Counted from the stretch's first letter, positions 31,965 to 42,570 are shown. The stretch: 64,000 nucleotides of DNA from Candidatus Binatia bacterium (GCA_963664015.2 CAXXLF010000002.1:1088001-1152000), one strand, 5' to 3'. Notes: generated by a model from the sequence alone, not told the origin. Made by a program: numbers and translations.

Positions 31965-33191
31965 TTGCTTAACAAAAGCGTCATTTCGGTTTTGTCCTTG
32001 GCCTTCATAATCACGTTCGGCTATGGGCTCATCTTACCCAGCCTGTCCCTGTACGCGGTTTCGCTGGGCGCCAGCCGTTCTTTTATCGGATTCATCGTCT
32101 CCATATACGCTTTATCCCAGCTCCTGGCCCAGATCCCCGCGGGCCGCTTCGCGGATCGTTTGGGGCGAAAGAATTTCATCCTTATCGGTTGTGCGGGCCT
32201 GGCCTCTGCCGCCGCCCTGAACAACTTTGCCTCGGAACCGACCCACTTTTTCATTTTCCAGGCCCTCGCCGGTGCATCGGCGGGCTGCATATTCCCCTCA
32301 CTCATGGCCACATTAAGCGAGTCTGCCAAAGCCAATGTGCGGGGCAAGTTGATGGGCACCTTCAGCACGGTTTTCTTTCTGGGCATGGGGCTGGGGCCAT
32401 TTGTGGGCGGACATGTCTCCACAGCGTTCGGATTTCTCGCTTCGTTCAACCTCTGGTCCGTAACCGCGATCCTGGCCGGGATAGTCGCAGCGTTGACTTT
32501 CGAAGGGGCGCCGAAGAAATCGGCCTCTCAGCTAGTGGGGGACCGCGGATCGCCAAAAGTGGTCAAGAGTATGGTTCAGCCCGGGCTATTTCCCACATTC
32601 ATAGCAACCCTCACCATGCGTGCCAGAGGGGGGTTTTGCGGCAGCTTCAATAACTCCATTCTGCCCCTCTACGTCGCCGTGCTATTCAACGCCACGCCCA
32701 AGATGATCGGGGGCCTCATGCTGGTCCATGCGTTGGGACTGGCCTTCTTTAACATTCCCGGAGGAATTGTAGCCGATCGAGTGGGTCGTAAATGGCCTGC
32801 AATCGCTGGATCTCTGGTCGCCACCACGGGAGTTTTTTGGTATTCATTCCCGGCCGGCTTTTGGGCGTTGCTGGCAGCGGTGGGACTGGCCGGAGCGGGC
32901 TCCGCCTTTTCATCGCCCGCCCTCTCGGCATTGACAGCGGATATTTCGAACCCCGAACGGCGGGCCGAAGCCTTCGGTTATATTCTCAGTTCATTTCACG
33001 TCGGTATGATTCTGGGCTCGACCATATTTGGCGTAGTCGCCGATATCATCGATCTTCCCGGTGCCGTTCTGGCCTGGGGCGTTACCAGCCTCTTGCTCTC
33101 TCTAGTCGGCCTTTTGATCCGCGAGCACGGCTCCGTACCCGCCACGGCGAGCGTCCCCCAAAAGGCAGCCCAGAGCGCCGTCCGCCTATAG
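31965..33191 (+). CDS. MFS transporter
   Basis: GRFADRLGRK, RGKLMG, GIVADRVGRK. Confidence 0.9.
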   Translation: MLNKSVISVLSLAFIITFGYGLILPSLSLYAVSLGASRSFIGFIVSIYALSQLLAQIPAGRFADRLGRKNFILIGCAGLASAAALNNFASEPTHFFIFQALAGASAGCIFPSLMATLSESAKANVRGKLMGTFSTVFFLGMGLGPFVGGHVSTAFGFLASFNLWSVTAILAGIVAALTFEGAPKKSASQLVGDRGSPKVVKSMVQPGLFPTFIATLTMRARGGFCGSFNNSILPLYVAVLFNATPKMIGGLMLVHALGLAFFNIPGGIVADRVGRKWPAIAGSLVATTGVFWYSFPAGFWALLAAVGLAGAGSAFSSPALSALTADISNPERRAEAFGYILSSFHVGMILGSTIFGVVADIIDLPGAVLAWGVTSLLLSLVGLLIREHGSVPATASVPQKAAQSAVRL

Positions 33192-33228
33192 CCCCTTACC
33201 GGCAACCGCTCAACAGAACGATCTCAGC

Positions 33229-33446
33229 TTAAGAATATTACCGCAGAGGCGCAGAGGTCGCAGAGAATTCATTTTTTGTTTGTCGGGAGACGACGACAAA
33301 CAAAAACTTGGCTCTTCTAAAGCGTAAGTCTTTTGCCCAATCGCCGTCTCCCGATTGGGCAAAACTTCTTCCCTCAGCGTACTCTGCGTCTCTGCGGTGA
33401 AATATCCGAATCCTTATCTGCGATAATCTGCGGTGAATAGTCTTAA
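33229..33446. mobile_element. MITE/REP-like 218-bp element with TTAA-ended inverted repeats and twin internal hairpins
   Basis: TTAAGAATATTACCGCAGA ... TCTGCGGTGAATAGTCTTAA; internal perfect 13-bp stems at 33273-33306 and 33331-33364. Mobility is inferred, not shown. Confidence 0.65.
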
Positions 33447-33496
33447 CGCTTTGCGCCGTAAACGCAATTTCAGAGGAAATCTTTGAATATGTTTGT

Positions 33497-34000
33497 CTAG
33501 TCCTTATAGAGCCGGCCGCGATCGGTCTTTTTCCTGTCCCGGTCGAACCCCATCACCGGAACTCCGTATCCACAGCTCGTCATGGTGGATGTCACTTCGA
33601 TGTCAATGACCTGACGCGCCTTCGGCCCCATCTCGACCGCTGGTTTGCCCAACAGTCGCTCCGCTATGGGTGATTCCTCGATGTTCGTGACCGTCGCCTT
33701 ACCATACAGACGAACGACGGCGGCGTTTTTTCCCTCGAAGCAGGAGACCATAACGGTAATTGGCCCCCCGGTTCTGACGTGGCGCGCGGTTTCGTTGCCG
33801 CTGCCGAAATAATCCAGGAAGGCAACGTGATTAGCCGATAGAATGTGAAGCGGGACACCGCCTTTGGGTGAGACATTGACCGGACCTGCCCCATCGGAGC
33901 CCGATTGAAGTTTGGGATCAGCGGTAGCGACGAAAAACAGCTTTGCCCTATTGATAAGCTCCGCCTGTTCTTTAGTAATCGACTTGTAAAACTGTGACAT
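33497..34000 (-). CDS. Pyridoxamine 5'-phosphate oxidase-like FMN-binding protein
   Basis: LFFVATA, VNVSPKG, GSGNETARH, TSCGYGVP; start MSQFYK. Confidence 0.88.
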   Translation of the reverse strand: MSQFYKSITKEQAELINRAKLFFVATADPKLQSGSDGAGPVNVSPKGGVPLHILSANHVAFLDYFGSGNETARHVRTGGPITVMVSCFEGKNAAVVRLYGKATVTNIEESPIAERLLGKPAVEMGPKARQVIDIEVTSTMTSCGYGVPVMGFDRDRKKTDRGRLYKD

Positions 34001-34233
34001 GCTTTCCTCCTGCCCAACCGACTGGTTCAAACCCAAAGGAGTCGTTTATCCCTACCCACTAACTCCGGTACAGCTCTGATTGCAAGGCCACACAGTAAAC
34101 GATTCCTACGATGAGGGCACTAGCAGGTTGTTTCGAATGAGGCTTTTTCAGCAGCCTGCACGTGCCATCTGGCCAATTGGATACTGTTCGTGATATAGAC
34201 GCTTGGAGAAATTGCCAGATTAAAGGAGATGCC

Positions 34234-35181
34234 ATGAGCACTGAAAAAAAGGTTGCGTGTGGACTCATTGGCCCATTGAGTCTAAACAAGTCAACGGTCG
34301 ATCCGGATGAAATTAAAGCTTACTTCCAGCGCGCCGAGGAACTGGGATTTGACAGCGTCTGGTTGCCGGAACAGTCGGGTTTCAGAGGCAAGGTCGGCTC
34401 GCTGGAGAGCATGACCGTATTGAGCTACGCGGCGGCAGTGACCACACGGCTCAAATTGGGCTACGCAGTGATGTTGCTCAATCTGCGCAATCCCATGCAC
34501 GTGGCCAAAGGTTTGGCGAGCATCGACCAGTTGAGCCAGGGGAGGTTAATTTTAGGAGTGGCACTGGGGGCTTCCACCGCGGTCTATAGCGCATACGGTT
34601 TGGAGCCCGAGCACCGGGTAACGAGATTCAACGAGGCGCTCAATTACGTTAGAGCCCTGTGGACTGAAGAAGACCTGACCTTCGAGGGGAAGTATTGGCA
34701 GGTCAAAAACGCCAACCTCCTGCCCAAGCCATTTCAAAAACCCCATCCGCCCCTCTGGTTTGGCGGCAGCGCACCGGCGGCCCTGAAACGAGCCGTGCGT
34801 CGCGGCACCGGCTTTATCGGAGCCGGTTCCTCATCCACCGCTGATTTCAGATCCCATGTGCAAACCATTCTGAAAGAGCTTGATGCGGCCGGAAAGGACC
34901 CGAAGGACTTTGCCATTGCGAAGCGGGTCAACCTCGCCGTGGATAAAGACAGTGACCGCGCACATAGGCGGCTCAGGGAATGGTTCGGCGGATATTACAA
35001 CAAGCCCGACCAGGCCGACCGTGTGGCGGTGTGGGGCAGTCCCGAGCAAGTCATTGAAGGACTACAGGAAGTCATCTCCGCCGGCGCTCGCCTCGTAATC
35101 TTGAGTCCCGTCTTCGACGGCATGGAGCAGATGGAAATTCTGGCTAGCCAAGTAGTTCCGCACATCACTGGCGTGAAGTAG
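34234..35181 (+). CDS. LLM-class (luciferase/F420-type) oxidoreductase
   Basis: AEELGFDSVW, DQLSQGRLILG, PKPFQKPHPPLWFGG; RBS AAAGGAG. Confidence 0.9.
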   Translation: MSTEKKVACGLIGPLSLNKSTVDPDEIKAYFQRAEELGFDSVWLPEQSGFRGKVGSLESMTVLSYAAAVTTRLKLGYAVMLLNLRNPMHVAKGLASIDQLSQGRLILGVALGASTAVYSAYGLEPEHRVTRFNEALNYVRALWTEEDLTFEGKYWQVKNANLLPKPFQKPHPPLWFGGSAPAALKRAVRRGTGFIGAGSSSTADFRSHVQTILKELDAAGKDPKDFAIAKRVNLAVDKDSDRAHRRLREWFGGYYNKPDQADRVAVWGSPEQVIEGLQEVISAGARLVILSPVFDGMEQMEILASQVVPHITGVK

Positions 35182-35239
35182 TAGAATTGCATCAAATTAA
35201 ACGGCCGTAACTGAGCTCTGCGTTACACCGCATTTTGCC

Positions 35240-35953
35240 TTAACTCGTTCCCCAGATCAGGACTTCCGCACCGATGGTCCCATTTGCGATTAATTTGCGG
35301 CTGCCAGCGGCCATCAGTGGCACGGCGTCTCAATTAGCGAGTCCACCTGCACCTTTTAGTTTCACAGCTCCCCGCGCCACGAAGAGATATACAAAGGGTG
35401 CATCGGGAACGGTCGTGGTTTCTCTCGGCTTGAGACGCCCGGCCCAGAGGACGGCGCCGCGCTGGCGGATGGATATGGCCGCGTAGTGGTCACGACCGGA
35501 AGCGACGGGGACCAAACCACCCCCTTCGAGCTGGGGATTGATGTCCAACTGTTCGTAACCCGGTTTGATCTTTTCAGTATCCGGAGGCACCTACATCTGG
35601 ATAAAGTGCACGTCCTTACCATCCCTCGGGTTCAACTCGGAATGCCAGATGCCGGTCCCGGCGCTCATCCGTTAGGCCAGCCCGGGGTAGATGATCCCTG
35701 AATTACCTTCCGAGTCCTTGTGCTTAAGCTCGCCATCCAGAACCCATGTTACGATTTCCATGTCACGGTGGGGGTGGGTCTGAAACCCGGCCCCCCCTTT
35801 GACGATATCGTTGTTGCTTACGAGCAGGAGCCCGTGGCCGGTATTTTTCGGATCGTAATAGTGACCGAAGCTAAAGCTGTGATAAGAATCGAGCCATCCG
35901 ATCCTCGTATGAAAGCGTTCGGAAGCGCGGTGGATATCGATTGCCGCGGTCAT
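35240..35953 (-). pseudogene. Pirin-family protein with three in-frame stops
   Basis: SYHSFSFGHYYDP, HPHRDMEIVT, HKDSEGN. TAA 35672-35674 (Gln position), TAG 35591-35593 (Trp position) and TGA 35330-35332 (Gly position), all in one unbroken 238-codon frame. Confidence 0.92.
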
Positions 35954-36138
35954 GACCTCGCCGCTATTTGATGTCTTATCCATAGCCATACCTACACTCC
36001 TTGAAATCCCCACCTATCTCTTAATAAAAGGTCAATCCACATATCCAATTTGTAAAGTACTCATCCCGAATGCTATTTGCTTGTGCGGGAGCAAGCACGG
36101 GCATGGAACTGAATGCTGCGTAAGGAAAGGAACGAACA

Positions 36139-37584
36139 ATGACGATCAGAATAGACGGCGGAGTCGTAGTGGGGTGGTCCGGGACCCATCACGAATTGAT
36201 TCTTGACGGCAGTGTGGTGATCGATGGAGATTCAATCACCTATGTGGGCACCGACCGGACCAAACCAGTGGACCGGATTATCGACGCATCGGGGAAACTC
36301 GTCTGCCCTGGTTTTATCAATCTACACGTTCATTCTCAACTCAACATCGGTGATTACCTGCTTACGGACACGAACAAACGGGATTACTGGACAGCCAACT
36401 ATTTTGTCTTTGGCGCACCGGCCAAGGGTAAACCCGCCCCATTTACTCCGGAAGGAATTGCTATAGGCAGGAAATATGCGCTTTTAAGCGCCCTCATGAA
36501 CGGCGCAACTACCATTCTCGATCCGGGAAGTGGGCCCGGTGATCTTGATGGCTATGTGGAAATCGTGGGCGCTGTGGGGGGCAGGGTTTTCTTTGGTCCT
36601 TCATTCCGGAGTCACGATACTGTCACCGATCAGGAGGGGCGCCACCACTATGAAGAACGCGCCGACCACGGCCGTCCGGGCCTTCAAGTGGCGGTGGATT
36701 TTATTGGCAATCACCACGGGGCCCACAACGGGCGGTTGCAGGGTATCATCAACCCGGGCCAGGCAGAGACCTCCGAGCCCTCACTGCTAAAAGAGGCAGT
36801 GGCGGCGGCGACCGAACTGGGGGTGGGCATCTCCATCCACGCGGGAGGGAACCTGCGCGAGGTCGTGTACATTCTTTATAATTACCGACAGACCGTCCTC
36901 GAATACCTTGCCGATGCCGGTATCCTGCGGCCCAAGACGGTCCTCGGCCACAGCGTCCTTACCGGAGATCACTCGAGGCTGGAGCGACCCTTTTCCGACG
37001 AGTTAAAATTGCTGGCCGAGTCCGGCGCATCGGTTGGCCACTGCCCGCACAAGTACGCAAAGATGGCCCTGGCACTGGAGTCTTTTGATCGTTTCGTGGA
37101 AGCCGGCGTCAATGTCGGGCTAGGCACCGACACCTATCCCCTCGATATCGTCTCGGAGCTACGATACACCTCGTTGATCTCGCGGCTGGTGGACAGAAAA
37201 TACTATGGCGCCCGCCCGTCGAGTGTTTTTAATGCCGCTACGGTGGGAGGGGCTAAGGCGCTCGGAAGAGATGATCTGGGTCGGCTCGCACCGGGTGCCA
37301 AGGCCGACGTTGTCATCGTGAACCAACGGACGACCCGCTACGGACCCGTGCGCGATCCGATCACGGCGCTGGTCGAATACGGCTCAGGCACCGATGTGGA
37401 AACGGTGTTGGTCAACGGGAGAGTTGTTATTGAAGATGGCCGCTCGACTTGCATCGATGAGGACGACCTATACGCCCGTGCTGATCAGGCGGCCAACCGG
37501 GCCTGGGACAACTGGCCCAAGCGGGACTGGGCCGGTCGGTCGGTTCAGGAAATCCTACCGCCCGCATTCCCAACCAGAACTTAG
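36139..37584 (+). CDS. Metal-dependent amidohydrolase (chlorohydrolase/deaminase-like)
   Basis: PGFINLHVH, ISIHAG, VLGHS, GLGTD, GRLAPGAKADVV. Confidence 0.9.
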   Translation: MTIRIDGGVVVGWSGTHHELILDGSVVIDGDSITYVGTDRTKPVDRIIDASGKLVCPGFINLHVHSQLNIGDYLLTDTNKRDYWTANYFVFGAPAKGKPAPFTPEGIAIGRKYALLSALMNGATTILDPGSGPGDLDGYVEIVGAVGGRVFFGPSFRSHDTVTDQEGRHHYEERADHGRPGLQVAVDFIGNHHGAHNGRLQGIINPGQAETSEPSLLKEAVAAATELGVGISIHAGGNLREVVYILYNYRQTVLEYLADAGILRPKTVLGHSVLTGDHSRLERPFSDELKLLAESGASVGHCPHKYAKMALALESFDRFVEAGVNVGLGTDTYPLDIVSELRYTSLISRLVDRKYYGARPSSVFNAATVGGAKALGRDDLGRLAPGAKADVVIVNQRTTRYGPVRDPITALVEYGSGTDVETVLVNGRVVIEDGRSTCIDEDDLYARADQAANRAWDNWPKRDWAGRSVQEILPPAFPTRT

Positions 37585-37597
37585 TAAAGCTTTTCGT

Positions 37598-38440
37598 TTA
37601 GCGTAGGATCGTGGTCGACGATAGCGGTTTGGTGGCGGCGTGATAGCGCTCAAACCACACCACTTCATCCATAGCCCCCGAGTAGGCCTCCGCGAGTGCG
37701 TCACGGTCGATAGGATCGATCTCACCCCGTGCTATGGCCTCGATGCGCTCCTTGGGAATCGGGTTGCCATACTGATAATTGCGCCCGTGGAGACGGATGG
37801 TCGAGTATTCACAAATCACCTCTAGGGCTTTTTCCTCGTCTTCCTCACTCTTCACCAGACTATAAAGCGAGTGGCGATTGCCCAACACATCGCCGTGCGC
37901 CATTTCGTCGTGCAGGATCATCTTACCGACTTCCGCGAGGAGATTCTCGTAGTCACCGCCGTTGAGGCCGATCACTCCGAAGGCGACCGAGCCGGCCCCG
38001 CCACTGTTGAAGGAGCCCGCTGATCCGTGCAGTGGGGATACGGCCTCCCATTTACTTCGGCACTCCCTTTCCTTGCGGCCGTACTGGGTCCACTCGGCAG
38101 TGTCCCGCTGGACGTTCAGCTCTTTCCAGTCGACGCGCTCACCGCTGATACCTTCCAGAAGATAAGCGAGAGTGGCGTAGTGGCGGATCTCGAAGTAGTG
38201 TTCGGCCAAATTATGGACCAGATCTTCCCGCAGGACGCCGTGGTCGGTGCGGTCGACCACGTCCGTCAACTCGCCCTGGGATATCTCACGGAGATTACGC
38301 ACCTCCCGGGCCACCTGGATCCTAAGCGAAAAGACGTGCTGTACGAGGGGTCTCGGCTTGGAGAAAAAGGTCCGTGATATCTCCGCCTCGCCGGCCCGAA
38401 ACCGGGCGCATGTGTCCTCGATCTTATCCATTAAAGCCAT
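37598..38440 (-). CDS. Hypothetical protein, probable ferritin-like diiron fold
   Basis: Two ExxH motifs (FEIRHY, DEMAHG) with helical spacing. Confidence 0.6.
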   Translation of the reverse strand: MALMDKIEDTCARFRAGEAEISRTFFSKPRPLVQHVFSLRIQVAREVRNLREISQGELTDVVDRTDHGVLREDLVHNLAEHYFEIRHYATLAYLLEGISGERVDWKELNVQRDTAEWTQYGRKERECRSKWEAVSPLHGSAGSFNSGGAGSVAFGVIGLNGGDYENLLAEVGKMILHDEMAHGDVLGNRHSLYSLVKSEEDEEKALEVICEYSTIRLHGRNYQYGNPIPKERIEAIARGEIDPIDRDALAEAYSGAMDEVVWFERYHAATKPLSSTTILR

Positions 38441-38618
38441 CGCAATTCACTCCTTTTTTTTTGGGGGGGGTCTCTTGCCATTCCAAGCTTATACGAGCGT
38501 AAGCATTCTGACCCGATTCTGTCAACTCCACTAAGGGCGTTGACCTGGCGGGGAACGCTGTGGTACCACATTCCTTGAAGGGAATAGAATCCCATATTCT
38601 CCAAAGGAGGTAAGAATC

Positions 38619-38999
38619 ATGTCCATTGAATTCGCCGATATGCATGAACTGGCCAAGGCAAAGAAGCGAAAGAGCATAATCAACACGCCGCGTTTCCATG
38701 CCTGGCATCATTACTATCCTCCAGGCAAAAAGGACGAGATGCACTGCCACAATGCGGATCAGACCTTTTATGTGATCGAAGGGGAGTGCACCATGACTTT
38801 CCCTGATGGCAACAAAAAAGTGCTCACCCCGGGCATGGTCGCAATGATTACGGGGGGGTCTTTCTATCAGCTGGAGAACGCGGGTTCAGGCCCTATGGTT
38901 ATGATGGGCAACCGATCGGGATCGCAAGAAATTCTTAAAACCATTAGCCATGCGACGGGCAAGGAAATCCGCTTCGGCAATTCTCGTAAAACAGCTTAA
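38619..38999 (+). CDS. Monocupin protein
   Basis: MHCHNADQTFYVIEG, LTPGMVAMI, YQLEN. Confidence 0.85.
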   Translation: MSIEFADMHELAKAKKRKSIINTPRFHAWHHYYPPGKKDEMHCHNADQTFYVIEGECTMTFPDGNKKVLTPGMVAMITGGSFYQLENAGSGPMVMMGNRSGSQEILKTISHATGKEIRFGNSRKTA

Positions 39000-39039
39000 G
39001 CTGTTTTCTCTGGGATTTTGAAAAGCGGTATCTTCGAGA

Positions 39040-39336
39040 TCACGCTTTCCCTTTAAAAAAAGGCCGGGTGTTTTTCCTTCTGCATAGTCCTTGAGCCGGT
39101 ACAGCAAGGTACCCCAGGCAGTCCCATACAACCTGGTTGTCGGGAACGAGCTCTACCAATCGAGCACGCAGATGGGTTCCCTCCTCACCATGGCTGAACT
39201 CTGCGATACTTCCGACACGGGGCTCCACTATCATGTCTGACGTCCACCACGCGCGCAGTCCCGCTTGTGTGGATAGAGACTGGTAAACCGTGCTGGGTGA
39301 TGCGCATATCCTCACCTGCTGCTTCATCTGGGACAT
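39040..39336 (-). pseudogene. SRPBCC domain protein with internal deletion
   Basis: VYQSLSTQAGLRAWWT...VVWDC jumps out of frame straight to the C-terminal helix AWGTLLYRLKDYAEGK. Confidence 0.8.
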
Positions 39337-39494
39337 TTAAGCCTCCAACTCATTGACACGACCCCAAACGATATAGCACCCTATTAAAGCGCCTCGGCCT
39401 TCGTCAAGCTCCTAACGAATACAATACCCACATGAAGGGAGCCACGGTCTTGCATTTCATCGATCAAGACTTTATTAAGGATTAGATTGGAATC

Positions 39495-39947
39495 ATGCTA
39501 CAGCGAAGCACAAGTTGCCTGATCCTCTTGATCTCTCTGTCAATACCCCCCCCCGCTTCTGCCGATCCGAGGATACTTGAGTTGATGTTCGCACGAAGCG
39601 TCGTGCTCCGGGAGCCCGTGAATCCTTTCCTGCCGGGTGCCCACTGCCAGGGCCAAAACGACTCAAACGGTCCTATACCCATCATAGACTCCCAGGTGGA
39701 AACCGAGATCTATTTTTGGAGCCTTTTTACAGATGCGAGCAACGGTGTATTACACCACAGCTGGGTTAAAAACGGAGTCGAGCGTTACGGTGAAGACATC
39801 AAGATCGGAGAATCCGGTTGGTGGCGCAGCTGGAGCGCAAAGAGCATCGTTCCCAAAGAGGATACGGGAAAGTGGAAGGTAGTGGTTTCCAGGGTGGATG
39901 AACAAACCAGTAAAGTCCTCTGTGTGGTCCATTTCAGGATAGAGTAA
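39495..39947 (+). CDS. Secreted DUF2914-like protein
   Basis: Signal peptide; IYFW, HHSW, WRSWSAKSI, GKWKVVV. Confidence 0.75.
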   Translation: MLQRSTSCLILLISLSIPPPASADPRILELMFARSVVLREPVNPFLPGAHCQGQNDSNGPIPIIDSQVETEIYFWSLFTDASNGVLHHSWVKNGVERYGEDIKIGESGWWRSWSAKSIVPKEDTGKWKVVVSRVDEQTSKVLCVVHFRIE

Positions 39948-40057
39948 CCCTCCCCCTTTGTCCCTATTCCCATACTTCATACCTGGCCTCATCGACCGTC
40001 AGAGCACTCCCAACAATAAAAATTGCCCTCCGATAGCACTAATCCTAACATAGAGTT

Positions 40058-41453
40058 ATGGCATCTGGCAGGCCTATAGACCGGCATAGGGAACCTGACA
40101 TCCACACGATTCCCGGAGAGCTTCCGCGCTTTTGGGATCGAAACGTCCTATTTTTCTCCAATATCCACTCAATCTTTTATGACAACGTGGAAGAGGAAAG
40201 GCAGCTCATCGAAAGAATCTCCGGTGCAAAAACCTATGGGAGCCGGGTCCTTTCAATTCTCGACCTACTCTATACAAAGCCAGCCCAATCTAATGCTCCT
40301 GGAGGGGAAGCCGGATCCCAATCTCGTGCACTATCTCTCCGAGGAGCTCGGCTTATCCATACCCCAGCACGAGATCTTGAAACCAAACGACTACCCATCG
40401 CTTGCCTCCATAATCGCGGGGAAGCCCTCCCCGTCGACTCAGTCACGGGTGGAAGAACTCCGCCACCACCCGGCTCCCTGGATCGACGGATTCGTGACCG
40501 ATCGCGTTCTTGTGGAAGTAGCCGCAGCACTGGGCAAGAAGACAGTAAGCACCCTGGAGGGGAGTCAAAACGGCAACAACAAATACCTGCTCTACCAGCA
40601 TCAATTGGAGAAGGAACTTCCCGTGTTCGAAACCCTCATCGCCTACGATCATGGCGAACTCGCCAATGGTCTCGCCGAATTGGGCCGCAAGGGCTACCAA
40701 AAGGCCGTGGTGAAGGCCCAGATCGGGGCTTCAGGGTCCGGCATGATTCAACTGGCAACGAATGACTTGAATGTAGAGGGAGTGCCGGACTTTATGTTTC
40801 TTGAAGGTCCCTACATGGTTCAAGGTCGGATCGACGAGAGTATGGCAGGAGTCCGGCGGGTAGGCTCACCCAGTGTTCAACTCTTTCTCAATGACGATGC
40901 TCTCTTTCTCTTCGACTTGACGGAGCAGATCTTGAGCGCGCAGAGTGTCCACGAAGGCAATATTTCTCCGCCCCCATACTTAAGCGATCACCCCGACCTG
41001 AAAGACGAACTGCTACGCCAGGCCCAGGTGGCGGGAGAATGGCTATTTGCTCAGGGCTACCGATGGACCGCAAGTACCGATTTCATTGTCATCGAGCGGG
41101 ATGGAAAGGCTGAAACGATTCTGTGCGAGATCAATGCACGCGTCACGGGAGCCACCTATCCGGCGGTCCTGGCACGGCACTTCCAGCCTCACGGTAGCTG
41201 GTGTATGAGAAATATTAGCTTTTGCAGTCCTCTGGAGGGCCAGAGGTTGCTCTCGCTCATGAAACGCGCTGGAGTCCTGTACCAGAGAGGCGCACCCAAG
41301 GGCATGCTGCCCTTCAACTTTAACACCGAGGCTGCGGGCAAGGTGATCAAAGGACAGTTCCTTTGTATTGGGGAGGATGGCGACGAATGCTTCACACTTC
41401 TAACCCACGCGTGGTCCGTGCTGCCCGTAGAATGGGGATATGACCGTGACTGA
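40058..41453 (+). CDS. ATP-grasp peptide ligase (PGM1/BesA-like), frameshift near 40280
   Basis: VVKAQIGASGSG, SPSVQ, EQIL..HEGN, CEINARVTGATYP. The N-terminus (ATG 40058) is in another frame until YTK/QPNL. Confidence 0.75.
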
Positions 41454-42570
41454 CCCACATGTGCTAAGTTCCGATGTTCTACGTAAACGGCTAATCGGGC
41501 TGACACGCGACCTGATCATGATCCCAAGTACCGGCGACCGGCCGGAGGAGATTGACCGGTGTATGGAGTTTGTCATCAACCATACGGAAGTATCCAAATC
41601 GGTGAAGGTCATGAGGTTTCACGAACACGGCGTCCTGTCCACCGTGCTTCTGCCTAAGGAAGTAGAAAGGCCCGAGGTCATGCTATTTGGTCATCTCGAC
41701 GTGGTCTCCCTCCCCGAGGGGGCCGAGTACCGTTCTTCCGTCCGGGACGGGCGGATATACGGACCCGGCGCAGGGGATATGAAAGGAGAGCTGGCCATCC
41801 TGATGGAGCTATTCCGCGTCTTCCACGAGAAGCATCCCAGAATCTCTTTGGGGCTTACGGTGACTTCCGATGAAGAAATCGGTGGCACCTGGGGCACACG
41901 CTTTCTTCTGGAGGACTTCGGACTGCGTTGCGGGGCAGCGATCATTCCCGATTCCGGTTCCTTGAACGAAATTGCAGTCGAGGAAAAGGGGATGCTCCAC
42001 CTAAAGATTCACGTGCGCGGAACTGCCGGGCATGCCTGTCGGCCGTGGCTGGCGGACAACCCCATGGATCGTATGTTCACCGCCATCAACAGGATTCGGG
42101 ATCATTTTAATAAACTCGCCAATGGAGACGGCTACTGGTACCCGACCTGTACCTTTACGGGAATTCATACCCCCAACCGGGTAGCTAACCGAATTCCTGA
42201 CAACACGGAAACGACCTGCGACATCCGATTCCCGTCTCCCTACACAACCGACCAGATGATCTCCGCCATCAAAGGCCTTCTGGACGATCAGATGCAGATA
42301 GAAACCCTCGTCTCAGCGGAACCGACGCTCCTGTCGCCGGACCCCCTTTACCTCAAGGTCACCGAAGAGATCACGGGTCAACCGGTAAGCCTGCTTCGCG
42401 AGCATGGCGGCAGCGACGCCAGGTATATTGCCCGTTACGGTATCCCGGTCATCATGTCCAGGCCATTCATTGGCAATCTGCATACGGATAACGAATGGAT
42501 CGACCTGGAGTCCATGGAGACCCTTTATCGCATTTACGAACGCTACCTGGAGGCCAAGCTGACCGGTTAG
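41440..42570 (+). CDS. M20 family metallopeptidase (ArgE/DapE-like)
   Basis: GHLDVV, GPGAGDMKG, SDEEIGG, GGSDAR, HTDNEWI; overlaps the upstream gene by 14 nt. Confidence 0.93.
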   Translation: MTVTDPHVLSSDVLRKRLIGLTRDLIMIPSTGDRPEEIDRCMEFVINHTEVSKSVKVMRFHEHGVLSTVLLPKEVERPEVMLFGHLDVVSLPEGAEYRSSVRDGRIYGPGAGDMKGELAILMELFRVFHEKHPRISLGLTVTSDEEIGGTWGTRFLLEDFGLRCGAAIIPDSGSLNEIAVEEKGMLHLKIHVRGTAGHACRPWLADNPMDRMFTAINRIRDHFNKLANGDGYWYPTCTFTGIHTPNRVANRIPDNTETTCDIRFPSPYTTDQMISAIKGLLDDQMQIETLVSAEPTLLSPDPLYLKVTEEITGQPVSLLREHGGSDARYIARYGIPVIMSRPFIGNLHTDNEWIDLESMETLYRIYERYLEAKLTG

